DNA from: a virus
Taxonomy: Duplodnaviria > Caudoviricetes
Length of the DNA stretch: 44,785 bases
Direction: 5' to 3' (one strand)
Virus record (IMG/VR): IMGVR_UViG_3300032143_000003
Coordinates: 1-44,785 of that record
Part shown: piece after piece, positions 1 to 8,540 of the stretch
Layout of the letters: the number at the start of each line of letters is the position of its first letter
Numbering within the stretch: the stretch's first letter is position 1
The notes under the pieces: model-generated
What the model was told of the DNA's origin: nothing
Seen by the model: the letters and a program-made list of their open reading frames with translations, nothing else
The model's database searches: none
Program-made: the position numbers and the translations under genes

Positions 1-127
1 CCGCCTCCGCCCGACCCGCCGGGCTTACCGGGCTTTATGTAGCCGCCTCCAGCTCCGCCGCCGATAGCCGTCATCGTGCCGAATACGGAATCTTCCCCGT
101 CATCTCCCCAGCCATACCGGTCCCCTT
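1..127. repeat. Terminal direct repeat (circular assembly overlap), copy 1
   Basis: 1-127 is identical to 44659-44785, and a reading frame runs uninterrupted across the join. Confidence 0.97.
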
Positions 128-1004
128 CTGCGCCGCCTTCGCCACCCTCGCCCACCGTTACGGGGATGCTTCCCGTGGCCGAATAAGCGTCGTCATATAG
201 AAGTCCGCCTCCGCCACCGCCTCCGGCGCAGGTCGCGCCCTCGCCCGGGCCATCGCCTCCGCCACCACCCCCACCAGCAACCACCAGCACCTCGACATCG
301 ACGGAGCCGGACAGAACCTGGAAGGTCCCGCTTTCATAAAACGTATGGATTCGATAACCGCCGACATGCGTTATCACTCCGCCTATCGTGTCCCCCTCGT
401 TGACATAGGCCGCCTGAGCCTCAGCATCCGTCGCATACTCCATGCGTTCGAACCAGAGGTCCCCCGCATCGACCGTGAACTTCGCAGCATACGCTCCGCT
501 ATGGACTTCCGTCTCCTCCCGGCTTATGGATGAGCCGGACGATTCGCTCTTCGTCCAATGCGCAAGCGCCGTCGCGTCCGTCCAGTCTTCCAGGCCGCCG
601 TCGAGTAGCTTCTCAATCTCCGGCTCGAACACCGGGTCCTTGCCGCTCGAGTCCATGCGGTCGCTGAACCCGATGATGAAATAGGCCAGAATGCAAAAGT
701 CATAAACCCCCCCGGTTTGATGCGAAGGGATAACTCCGGTCGAAGTGTGCAAATAAAGCCGTTTATTCTCCAGGTCCATGAAGAAGGTCGAGGCCGTCGC
801 GTCACAATCCGCCGCCGAAAAAACCTCCGCATACTCGGCCCCGGCCTCCAAAACCTCGATGATTTCCCCGTCCGTCATCTCGGCGTAATGGGAGCCGCCC
901 TCGGTCGCCGTCCACTCCAAGCCCTCGACCTCCATCGCCGGATAGTGCTCGCAGACGACCAATCGGCGGGAATCGGGGAGCTCGATCAGATCGGCGAAAT
1001 TCAT
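1..1004 (-). CDS. 5' part of the large tail-tip/host-recognition protein (about 1421 aa, continues at 44658 to 41397)
   Basis: Read by hand: ATG at 1004, just after the upstream stop at 1006, gives MNFADLIELPDSRRLVVCEHYP...VLVVAGGGGGGG...SVFGTMTAIGGG with no stop. In frame with track ORF 41397..44732. Confidence 0.9.
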   Translation of the reverse strand, partial: MNFADLIELPDSRRLVVCEHYPAMEVEGLEWTATEGGSHYAEMTDGEIIEVLEAGAEYAEVFSAADCDATASTFFMDLENKRLYLHTSTGVIPSHQTGGVYDFCILAYFIIGFSDRMDSSGKDPVFEPEIEKLLDGGLEDWTDATALAHWTKSESSGSSISREETEVHSGAYAAKFTVDAGDLWFERMEYATDAEAQAAYVNEGDTIGGVITHVGGYRIHTFYESGTFQVLSGSVDVEVLVVAGGGGGGGDGPGEGATCAGGGGGGGLLYDDAYSATGSIPVTVGEGGEGGAEGDRYGWGDDGEDSVFGTMTAIGGGAGGGYIKPGKPGGSGGG

Positions 1005-1005
1005 G

Positions 1006-1770
1006 CTACATCTCTTCGGCCAAAGTCAGGGCCAAGGTCCAGACATTCAAGTGAATGTGGTCCCACTTCCAGGCCGTGGCAACCACATATTGCGTCGCCT
1101 CGTTCGGGTCGTCCGCTTCCGGATCCTCGCAGAACCAGAATGGGAGCGACCTGCCGACGGCCTGGCGAATTAACTCGAACGCCGCTTTCTCCGATGTCCT
1201 GAACGAATACTGCCACGCCCCCGGCTGGTCCTGGACGACGACCGTTCGCTGTCCGCCCGCGCTTATCGTGATGACGCTCAAATCCTCCGGGGTGAATGCG
1301 CCGCCGTTTCTATAATTCACTTCCGGGGTGAATGCCGGACCGAGAAAAATCGGCCCGACCTCAATGAAGCCGTCCGCGTTCGTGGGGTCCGAAATCAGGA
1401 GCCTCCAATACTGATAAGTCACCGGGGGGTCGAAATATGCGGCCATCAGCCGTTCATTGTTAGGGCTCAGGATTGCCTCGAACCCCGGCTCGTCCCAGGT
1501 ATCCTCATTGTTCCCCTGTATCGTGATCACAGCATCGGCAGAGAAATTATTACCACGAATGCAGAATGCCTCGACGGTGATCTCTGAATAGAAATTACGG
1601 ACAATGGACTGGTCCTCTACGCAGCCGGTTGTCCTCCACCTCCGGCCGGGGATCCGGCGCTGTGTATTTGTCACCGGAAAATTCGTTCCTTCCGAGGATA
1701 CGGTTGTTTCGAAGTCCACTCCCTCGATGCCCTTCCACAAGTTTTCGTATAGGAATTTACAAATTGCCAT
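1006..1770 (-). CDS. Minor tail protein (distal-tail-like, with a discoidin/galactose-binding-like domain)
   Basis: Directly after the tape measure gene; YQYWRLLISDPTNADGFIEVG resembles beta-sandwich tail domains. Confidence 0.6.
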   Translation of the reverse strand: MAICKFLYENLWKGIEGVDFETTVSSEGTNFPVTNTQRRIPGRRWRTTGCVEDQSIVRNFYSEITVEAFCIRGNNFSADAVITIQGNNEDTWDEPGFEAILSPNNERLMAAYFDPPVTYQYWRLLISDPTNADGFIEVGPIFLGPAFTPEVNYRNGGAFTPEDLSVITISAGGQRTVVVQDQPGAWQYSFRTSEKAAFELIRQAVGRSLPFWFCEDPEADDPNEATQYVVATAWKWDHIHLNVWTLALTLAEEM

Positions 1771-1771
1771 G

Positions 1772-3895
1772 TCAGTATGCCCTCACCGCCCGTGGATGAA
1801 TCAGCATGAGTTCCGACCTGCCCCGCTGGCGGATGGTCTTGACGATAAAGTCCTTCATCTCTTTCCCGTCGATATAGAGGTGGATCTCAAGAAAGCCGGG
1901 TCCACTGGCCGTGCCGCCCGGCCCCATGATGGCTTCCCGGAGCTGGCGCGGAGAACTGACAATCTCAGCCTCCCCGCCCTCGGCCACCTCGTATTCCTGA
2001 CCGCTTGCCTGCGACATCAGGAGCGCTCTCTGTTTGAAGATGGCCCCCTTCGCCGCTCCGATCGGTTGGCTCTTGATGAGGGCGATCTGGAAAGCCCCGG
2101 CCGCCGCAACTATGGCCGCAAGGATCGGCCCGAAGATAGCGCCGCCCTGCGCCCAAGCCTTCGTGACGCCCTCAGCCGTGTTGATAATGGCCGTCAAGAT
2201 GGCGATGGCCTTCCGCGCCCGTGCCGCCTTCACCTCTTCCGCCCGGCGCTTCATCTGATACTCGGCTTCCAGGGCCGTGATAGCCTTCTCCTTTTCCTTC
2301 TCGTTCATCTTGCTGTTATTAATCAGTTCGAGCCGATGTTGATATTCCTGGTCCAGCAAAAGCATTCGGTTTGTCGTGCTCTGCGTCATGATAGCGTCAA
2401 TCGCGGCAGTGACGGTCGAGGCAATACCTAGAATTTTTTCGAAGGCTTGCTGATTTGCCGCAACCCATTTGGCGACATTCGTAGTCCACGACTTCGTTAA
2501 TTTCGGCGGCCCAGCCGCCATGTTGGCAATCGCCTTCTTGGCAACCGCCTCCATTTTGTTATAGGCCGGAATGGCCGTGTCGATGATCGTCTCGCCGAAC
2601 GCCCTGAGTGATTTCGTGCTGGCATCCATGCCGATCCTGTATGTTGCCTCACTGATAGCCCCGGCCTTAAACGCTGCCGTCAGCACCTTCTGCTCGTTGA
2701 ACACGGCCGTCATCGCCGCCTTCAGAGGATTGTATTTATTGATGATCTCCTGGACCGCAGCCGCAAGTTTCTTCTTCGCGTCAACCGCTTCCTTCGCCGC
2801 CTTGATCTCCGCCGCCGTCAAGTTATGGACGGCTGTCCCGGTCTGATTGATCTTGGCCGGGGCGCTCACGAACATATCGACGAGGCTCTTGAAGTCCACG
2901 CCGAAGATTTTGAGCATGGGAGCTGCGCCCTTGAAAGCCTTCCCTAATGCATCAGCCGTAATCACCAATCCGGCATTGACTCTTGAGGCATGCTCGAATT
3001 CTGCGGTCTGAATGCGCATCAAGAGTGCCATCAATTTCAAGGCGTCCGAAAATTTACCAATAAATGGCATGGACCGAATGAGGTCATTAAGAAAACGCGC
3101 GAACCCGCCGGAAGCGACGAAATCCGATATCGCCCTATTGAAGGCTACGACAGCTTCTCCAAGTCCCTTGGTCTTAATGATCGCCGTCCCGGCCGCCTCC
3201 TTGACCTCATCCCAGTTATTAGCTAATTGCTTCAGCGCCCCTCCGAAGGTCTCCGTCTCAGCCGTGGAGCGCGAATAGAGTTTATTCAACTGATCGAGGA
3301 GCGACGCCTGCTTCTGTTCCGTCGTCAAGTTCTCGGCGACCCGGATTCCGACACGCCCCAGCGCTCCGTAGTTTCCCTCCATCGCCTTCGTGACCATCAT
3401 GGTCGCGCTGTGAAGGTCTATCCCCATCGTTGAGGCCAGGCCCATCGCGCCCCTCGTCGCCCGGTCAAGTCCCTGCTGATCAAGGCTCGTGAGCTGGAGG
3501 AGCAACGCCTGGCTGGCCATGACCTGCTCATCCGTGTAGGTCGTCGCCCGCATCTGTTCAGCGGCGAACTTCTTATAGTGCTGGATGTTCCCTTCAACAG
3601 TCCGGCCTGTGATCTCTAGGGCGGCCTTCAGATTATTCTCGGCTTGCTCAGCTTCGATGGCGGCCGTAATTGAACTTTCGACAACGCCCTTAAGTGCACC
3701 GATCCCCTTTTGAAGCGCAGAGGCTACGAGCGTCCCGGCAGTAAACTGAGCGAAGAGGCTGCCGAATGGCCCGGACGATCCGCCAGCCTTAGCCGTCGTT
3801 CCGGCGGCCTGATTGATCGCCCCATCCAGGTCTTTGATAGACTTCAAGGCGCCCGTGGCATCCATTTCCACGATATAGCGGACATCTGCGCCCAT
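1772..3895 (-). CDS. Tail tape measure protein
   Basis: 707 aa, Ala/Gly-rich and helical, located after the tail chaperones. Confidence 0.9.
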   Translation of the reverse strand: MGADVRYIVEMDATGALKSIKDLDGAINQAAGTTAKAGGSSGPFGSLFAQFTAGTLVASALQKGIGALKGVVESSITAAIEAEQAENNLKAALEITGRTVEGNIQHYKKFAAEQMRATTYTDEQVMASQALLLQLTSLDQQGLDRATRGAMGLASTMGIDLHSATMMVTKAMEGNYGALGRVGIRVAENLTTEQKQASLLDQLNKLYSRSTAETETFGGALKQLANNWDEVKEAAGTAIIKTKGLGEAVVAFNRAISDFVASGGFARFLNDLIRSMPFIGKFSDALKLMALLMRIQTAEFEHASRVNAGLVITADALGKAFKGAAPMLKIFGVDFKSLVDMFVSAPAKINQTGTAVHNLTAAEIKAAKEAVDAKKKLAAAVQEIINKYNPLKAAMTAVFNEQKVLTAAFKAGAISEATYRIGMDASTKSLRAFGETIIDTAIPAYNKMEAVAKKAIANMAAGPPKLTKSWTTNVAKWVAANQQAFEKILGIASTVTAAIDAIMTQSTTNRMLLLDQEYQHRLELINNSKMNEKEKEKAITALEAEYQMKRRAEEVKAARARKAIAILTAIINTAEGVTKAWAQGGAIFGPILAAIVAAAGAFQIALIKSQPIGAAKGAIFKQRALLMSQASGQEYEVAEGGEAEIVSSPRQLREAIMGPGGTASGPGFLEIHLYIDGKEMKDFIVKTIRQRGRSELMLIHPRAVRAY

Positions 3896-4407
3896 TAGAT
3901 TATTCCTCGCATCGCCTGAACTTCCTCATAGAATAATTGCCAATGTTCTTCATTCCCGTATTTCGGCTTCGTAATTCCATGATGGTGCTTACACAGCAGA
4001 ATCAAATTGACTTGATGATTGCTTGCTCGATTTCGATCAATGTGATGACAGTCATGTTTTCTTCCGTTCTCTGGAAGATAACACCCGGGATGTTGACAAA
4101 GATAATCATCTCTCTTCCTGATGGCCTCTCTTATTTCTATCCAATCCTGGCTATACCGTTGTGTTCTTATCCCATCACGCCATGTCCAGGGACGATGCGT
4201 TCCCCGCCTCCTGGCACCGGCACAAACGACACAACGCTTATCTCCCCTCGACTTGGCCGAATTGCTTAATGGTTTTCCACAATCCAAGCAGGCCGGTCGG
4301 TTCAATGGCCTTGCGGCATAACACGCGCGACAACGTTTATTTCCCCTCCATTTGGCTTCGTGGCCCAATGGCTTACTGCAATCCATACAAAGAATCCTGT
4401 CAGCCAT
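3895..4407 (-). CDS. HNH homing endonuclease with N-terminal CxxC zinc-finger repeats
   Basis: IRKRDDYLCQ..C...HDCHHID.NRASN...NLILLCKHHH, plus two C(M/L)DCxKPL...CxxC repeats. Confidence 0.85.
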   Translation of the reverse strand: MADRILCMDCSKPLGHEAKWRGNKRCRACYAARPLNRPACLDCGKPLSNSAKSRGDKRCVVCAGARRRGTHRPWTWRDGIRTQRYSQDWIEIREAIRKRDDYLCQHPGCYLPENGRKHDCHHIDRNRASNHQVNLILLCKHHHGITKPKYGNEEHWQLFYEEVQAMRGII

Positions 4408-4747
4408 TCGATTCTCCCTGAACCTTATTTCTTCGCTCCGCCGCGACAGCCTGGAATGCGAGATGGATAGCGTTCAACGCCGACAGCGCCAGCCTCCGCG
4501 CCGGGCCGCGAAGCCCCGCACGCCGGAACTCGTCGGCCACTATCCCCACCTCAAGCGTAAAGTGATTCACGTTCTCGCAATACCAATTCCATACCCCGAT
4601 CTCGAATGCGCTCAGCTTCGCCGCCATCGCATCAAGCTGGCAGTTCACGCACTCCCCCGTCGATTCGCCTATCCCGTGCTGGTGATCTTCCGGCTTTAGT
4701 ATCGATTCCCAGCGATCGACATAGTAGCCGAGATAGGCATTTAATTT
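4400..4747 (-). CDS. Tail assembly chaperone, C-terminal -1 frameshift extension (lambda gpT-like)
   Basis: The -1 frame is open from the slippery site through track ORF 4400..4648. Confidence 0.75.
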   Translation of the reverse strand, partial: KLNAYLGYYVDRWESILKPEDHQHGIGESTGECVNCQLDAMAAKLSAFEIGVWNWYCENVNHFTLEVGIVADEFRRAGLRGPARRLALSALNAIHLAFQAVAAERRNKVQGESNG

Positions 4748-5139
4748 TTTAGGAAGTTCTCCGGGTTCCCCGCGAACTCCGCCAACTCCCGCACGAGGAC
4801 GGATGCCGCCGGATCGACCAGCACATCATCCACCACGGCCTCGGGCTTCTGCACCTTGAGCCCAAAGAGGAGCGGGAGATACTTGTCCTTGCTCTCGCGC
4901 GTGCAGGGGAGCGGCGCGTCGCCCTCGGTCAAGTCCCATCCGTGAATGGCGTCGCTCACGGCCCGCCGGATAACGTCCGAGATGCGGGGAGGGCGAGTGC
5001 CGTCCCTGGATTCGTTGACATAATCCTGCACCGCGTCAAGCGCGATAAAGCCGACACGGAAGGTGATGGTGATCGGCTCGCCGGTCGTCTCAAGGGCGTA
5101 GGTGACTTCAGCCTCTGGCTGTAGCTTTTTTATATCCAT
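4741..5139 (-). CDS. Tail assembly chaperone (lambda gpG-like)
   Basis: Lies between tail tube and tape measure; ends ...NPENFLKN at a slippery sequence. Confidence 0.8.
   Translation of the reverse strand: MDIKKLQPEAEVTYALETTGEPITITFRVGFIALDAVQDYVNESRDGTRPPRISDVIRRAVSDAIHGWDLTEGDAPLPCTRESKDKYLPLLFGLKVQKPEAVVDDVLVDPAASVLVRELAEFAGNPENFLKN
4744..4750 (-). other. Programmed -1 frameshift heptamer A AAA AAT
   Basis: The minus strand reads TTC CTA AAA AAT TAA, a canonical X XXY YYZ immediately before the stop. Confidence 0.8.
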
Positions 5140-5148
5140 GTTCTCCTC

Positions 5149-6510
5149 TTATGCGAGATAGTCCGCGCTCCGACCATTCATTAGGCTGATGGAAATAGGA
5201 AGAACGCCCGTCATCCCCGACGGCGCTGAGTCTGCAGTCACCCCGCGTAGAACGATCTTCGCCGGGATGATCTTACTGTCCGCATACTCTACGTCCTCGA
5301 TGATGAGCCGTGGGAATTGGAATTTCAGATAGTAGTTATATGCCCCTTCGACAGCCGGACCGGTGATCGTAAGGTCCGCCTTCTTCTCCGTCGCAGCAAT
5401 CCAGTCCGCGAAATATGCCGCATTGACGGTATCCATCCTTGGAAATTCCATTGTCAGCTTGACGGATGGTTTGTCATTTTCAACGGGCTCGACGATTGTC
5501 TGCACGCCCGCGACGTGTTCCGAGTCCATCTTCCGCTCGATCTCCAATGCGAATGATTTGGGCCGGACAATGTCGCCGTCCACGAAATCATCCCCGGTCC
5601 GTGCGTTCAACCTGAACACGGCTTGGGTAAACTTCGCCCGTGCGTGCGTGTTGCCATCAACCGTCGTGCTGGTGAAGGCCGCAGGAAGCGCCGAGTTGTC
5701 CACGACGCTGATGCCCCGCAGGTTGAATGACGACTTGATGAGCCCTGCGTTCACGGAGAATGAACCCTTCAAGACCTTGAACGTCGGGACGGTATGGATG
5801 GTAGCGCCCTTTTCCGTAGCATACGTCCCGAAGAGTCCGACAGCCGCGTTCTTCAGCGTAAGGGCGTGCAGGTAATTGAGCGCGATGCCGACGCCTGCAA
5901 CGTCCGATGTATAGGTCGCCGCCCCGGTATCGTCGGCCGCATCTGAGAATCCGCAGAGCGTCGAACAGTCCGTCGCCTTGTGCGTGCCCGTGTTCCACTT
6001 GAGTTCGAATGTCCCGCCCGCCGAGATGGTGAACTTCCGGGTCGTCGCATCATGGGTGCAGGTATAAGTCAGCGCCGACCCGGCGGCCGCGTCCAACTGC
6101 GTCTTGATTTCCGTAGCCAGCGCCGCCCCCGTGTAGGTCGCATTCGTCAGCGTCGCCGTGATCTCTGCCCCACCCTCCCCGAAGTCGAGCTTGTTGTTTG
6201 CGGCGCTCACGATGAAATACATCCCCGGAAGTCCCGCCGTCCCCATGAGCATGGCCAAGAGTAGGTTCTCGCGCCCGTCCCAGCGGTAATCGAAATCGAG
6301 TCCGAAGTCCGAGGGATTGATAGTCCCGACATCAAGGTTCGTCTCAAACGCGCCGTAGCTTTCATCCTCCATCATCTGCACCGTAGCCTTCGGAGCACCA
6401 GGATTTAAGGGAAGGAGCCCCATCCCTGCCGCATCGGTATCCACGGCCGTCCCCCAATCCACGGCCTTTTTGATCGCCGCCTTGTTTAGCCTTTTCTCAA
6501 TGTCAGCCAT
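5149..6510 (-). CDS. Tail tube protein paralog 2, with an inserted domain of about 110 aa
   Basis: Shares blocks with 6523..7563 (DIEKRLNKAAIKKA, LDFDYRWDG, EPVENDKPSVKLTMEFPRMD, LIIEDVEYADSKIIPAK); tail-tube position. Confidence 0.75.
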   Translation of the reverse strand: MADIEKRLNKAAIKKAVDWGTAVDTDAAGMGLLPLNPGAPKATVQMMEDESYGAFETNLDVGTINPSDFGLDFDYRWDGRENLLLAMLMGTAGLPGMYFIVSAANNKLDFGEGGAEITATLTNATYTGAALATEIKTQLDAAAGSALTYTCTHDATTRKFTISAGGTFELKWNTGTHKATDCSTLCGFSDAADDTGAATYTSDVAGVGIALNYLHALTLKNAAVGLFGTYATEKGATIHTVPTFKVLKGSFSVNAGLIKSSFNLRGISVVDNSALPAAFTSTTVDGNTHARAKFTQAVFRLNARTGDDFVDGDIVRPKSFALEIERKMDSEHVAGVQTIVEPVENDKPSVKLTMEFPRMDTVNAAYFADWIAATEKKADLTITGPAVEGAYNYYLKFQFPRLIIEDVEYADSKIIPAKIVLRGVTADSAPSGMTGVLPISISLMNGRSADYLA

Positions 6511-6522
6511 GTTGTCCTCCCC

Positions 6523-7563
6523 TTACGCGATGAAGCTCGTGCTGCGAAGGTTGGTCACAAAAATTCCGATAGGCAGGAGCCCCGTCAATCCGGTCTGGGC
6601 CACATCCGCCATCGCGCCCCTGAGCACAACTTTTGCCGGGATGATCTTCGAGTCGGCGTATTCGACGTCCTCAATGATGAGATGCGGAAGCTGGATATTC
6701 AGGACGTAAGGATAAGCCCCGGCGCACGTTGGCCCGGTAACGATGATGTCAGCCTTCTTATCGGTTGCCGCCGTCCATGCCGCGAAGTATGCGGCGTTCG
6801 TCGCGTCCATGCGCGGGAACTCCATCGTGAGTTTTACGCTCGGCTTGTCATTCTCGACGGGTTCAAGAACCACCTGTTGGCCGGAGACGTGCTCCGCATC
6901 CATCTTGCGCTCAATCTCAAGGCTGAACGCCTTCGGCTTGATGACATGGCCGGAACCCAATGTCGTGCCCCCGCCCGCGAGCGTGTAATCGTTCATCCTG
7001 AACACGGCCTGCTGGAACTTGGCCCGGATGTGCGAATTGGCCGGAACGGTTGTCGATCCGAGGGTTGCCGTCGCGTCGGTAATCTCGCTCCCCCTCACGC
7101 CGAATACCGCTTTGAGCAATCCGCCGCTGGTTGAGAAGGCCGCCTTCAAGACCTTCATGGTGGGGATCGTATGAACCTGCGCCCCCTTCTCCGTCGCGTA
7201 GGATGCGAACAACCCAACCGCCGAGTTCGCCAGTGTTACCGTATGCAGGTATGCCGCCGTTCCGCCCTGGGCTTGCGGGGCCGTATCCACGCCCATAAGG
7301 AGGCCGAGCAGGATGTTCTCCAATCCGTCCCAGCGGTAATCGAAGTCCAGACTGAAATCCGAGACCGCATAATTGCCGACGTCCAAGTTGACCTCGAACG
7401 CGGAGGCCGCTTCGTCCTCGATCATCTGGACATTCCGCTTCGGGGAGCCGGGGTTAAGCGGCAGGATGCCGTTGCCCGCGCCGTCCAGCCCCGCAACGAC
7501 CGTGCCCCAGACCGTCGCCTTTTTAATAGCCGCCTTATTGAGTCTTTTTTCGATGTCACCCAT
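6523..7563 (-). CDS. Major tail tube protein paralog 1
   Basis: 346 aa, between tail terminator and chaperones; paralog of the adjacent gene. Confidence 0.75.
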   Translation of the reverse strand: MGDIEKRLNKAAIKKATVWGTVVAGLDGAGNGILPLNPGSPKRNVQMIEDEAASAFEVNLDVGNYAVSDFSLDFDYRWDGLENILLGLLMGVDTAPQAQGGTAAYLHTVTLANSAVGLFASYATEKGAQVHTIPTMKVLKAAFSTSGGLLKAVFGVRGSEITDATATLGSTTVPANSHIRAKFQQAVFRMNDYTLAGGGTTLGSGHVIKPKAFSLEIERKMDAEHVSGQQVVLEPVENDKPSVKLTMEFPRMDATNAAYFAAWTAATDKKADIIVTGPTCAGAYPYVLNIQLPHLIIEDVEYADSKIIPAKVVLRGAMADVAQTGLTGLLPIGIFVTNLRSTSFIA

Positions 7564-7564
7564 G

Positions 7565-7765
7565 TCAAGCCTCCTTTATCGTCTTGATGAGTCTTTTCAA
7601 TTTCTCGGATTTCCCCGTCGGCTTCACCTCGATGGCGAAACCGTCCCGCGTCCAGGACGATACGACCTCAAGCGGGATACCCCGCTCCGTAGTATCGATC
7701 ACGTCCCCGACACGAAACAGTCCCCATTCGGTGTGCTGATCGCTATTGCTCCATGTAATCTTCAT
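7565..7765 (-). CDS. Small hypothetical protein preceding the tail tube
   Basis: Tightly packed 66-aa ORF in the operon. Confidence 0.6.
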   Translation of the reverse strand: MKITWSNSDQHTEWGLFRVGDVIDTTERGIPLEVVSSWTRDGFAIEVKPTGKSEKLKRLIKTIKEA

Positions 7766-7767
7766 GC

Positions 7768-8253
7768 TTAGACCCCCATGACTCCCGCGATTGATATTCG
7801 GACCTTTTGGTCAAAGAATCCGAAGCCCTCCAGGCTCAGGTATCCGTCATCCGTTTCCGGCGAATCCTCAATCCTCACTTGCACCGCCAGGACGCCCAAC
7901 GTCCCCGCCGCCCCGCTCCGCGAGTCTGCGTCAATGGCCTTGCGCACGTCCGCGATACACCGCTCCAACTTCGTGACGGTATCCGTACTATCCTTGACGA
8001 TGCCCTTGACCGAGACGAGGAAGTCCTCGGTGTACTCGCTATCGTCCCCGGCCGCCCCGCTCAGCTCGACAGTCCCGCCGGATGCCGTGAATACCATGTA
8101 GGTCGGGAATGACTTGCACTCGCTCCAATGGATGAAGCGCTTGGCAACATCTCCCGGCGTATAGAAGTAGGTGTCGCCCGTTGTAATACCTTGTAATACA
8201 TCAACGATGCGATCAATAATCTGAAGGCGCAAAGGCACTGCTGGAGCGGTCAT
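7768..8253 (-). CDS. Tail terminator / tail completion protein
   Basis: LRLQIIDRIVDVLQGIT N-terminus, acidic, 161 aa, upstream of the tail tube. Confidence 0.7.
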   Translation of the reverse strand: MTAPAVPLRLQIIDRIVDVLQGITTGDTYFYTPGDVAKRFIHWSECKSFPTYMVFTASGGTVELSGAAGDDSEYTEDFLVSVKGIVKDSTDTVTKLERCIADVRKAIDADSRSGAAGTLGVLAVQVRIEDSPETDDGYLSLEGFGFFDQKVRISIAGVMGV

Positions 8254-8540
8254 AATATCCTCACGGCAATCGCGTCATGGTCGGGCGATGCGTAGATGCT
8301 CCCGTCCGTGGTCGTGACGGTGAACTGGAGCGTATAAAGGACGCCGGACGTTCCCCCTGAAATCATCTGGAGGACTTGCGATCCTGATTTTTCGACATCT
8401 CCATCGAGAAGCAACCCGGCCGGTGAAACGGCCGCCGTCGCTGAAACGATGGTGTTCACAGCATCCACGTCGGGCGGCCAGTAAATGAGGCCGATCTTGA
8501 ATTTCTCGGCAAACGCTTTCTCTATAAAAAACTGTGTCAT
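8250..8540 (-). CDS. Probable fibre adaptor protein (about 96 aa, start MTQFFIEK)
   Basis: ATGA overlap with the fibre gene; ISGGTSGVLYTLQFTVTTTDG is typical of small fibre-adaptor proteins. Confidence 0.55.
   Translation of the reverse strand: MTQFFIEKAFAEKFKIGLIYWPPDVDAVNTIVSATAAVSPAGLLLDGDVEKSGSQVLQMISGGTSGVLYTLQFTVTTTDGSIYASPDHDAIAVRIL

Noticed and set aside
1-127. Biological terminal repeat or LTR
   Set aside because: It falls mid-gene and its length equals a common assembler k-mer, so it is best explained as a circular overlap
5149-7563. Diversity-generating retroelement, or an assembly duplication behind the paralogous repeats
   Set aside because: There is no reverse transcriptase, and the copies differ at many synonymous positions rather than only at adenines
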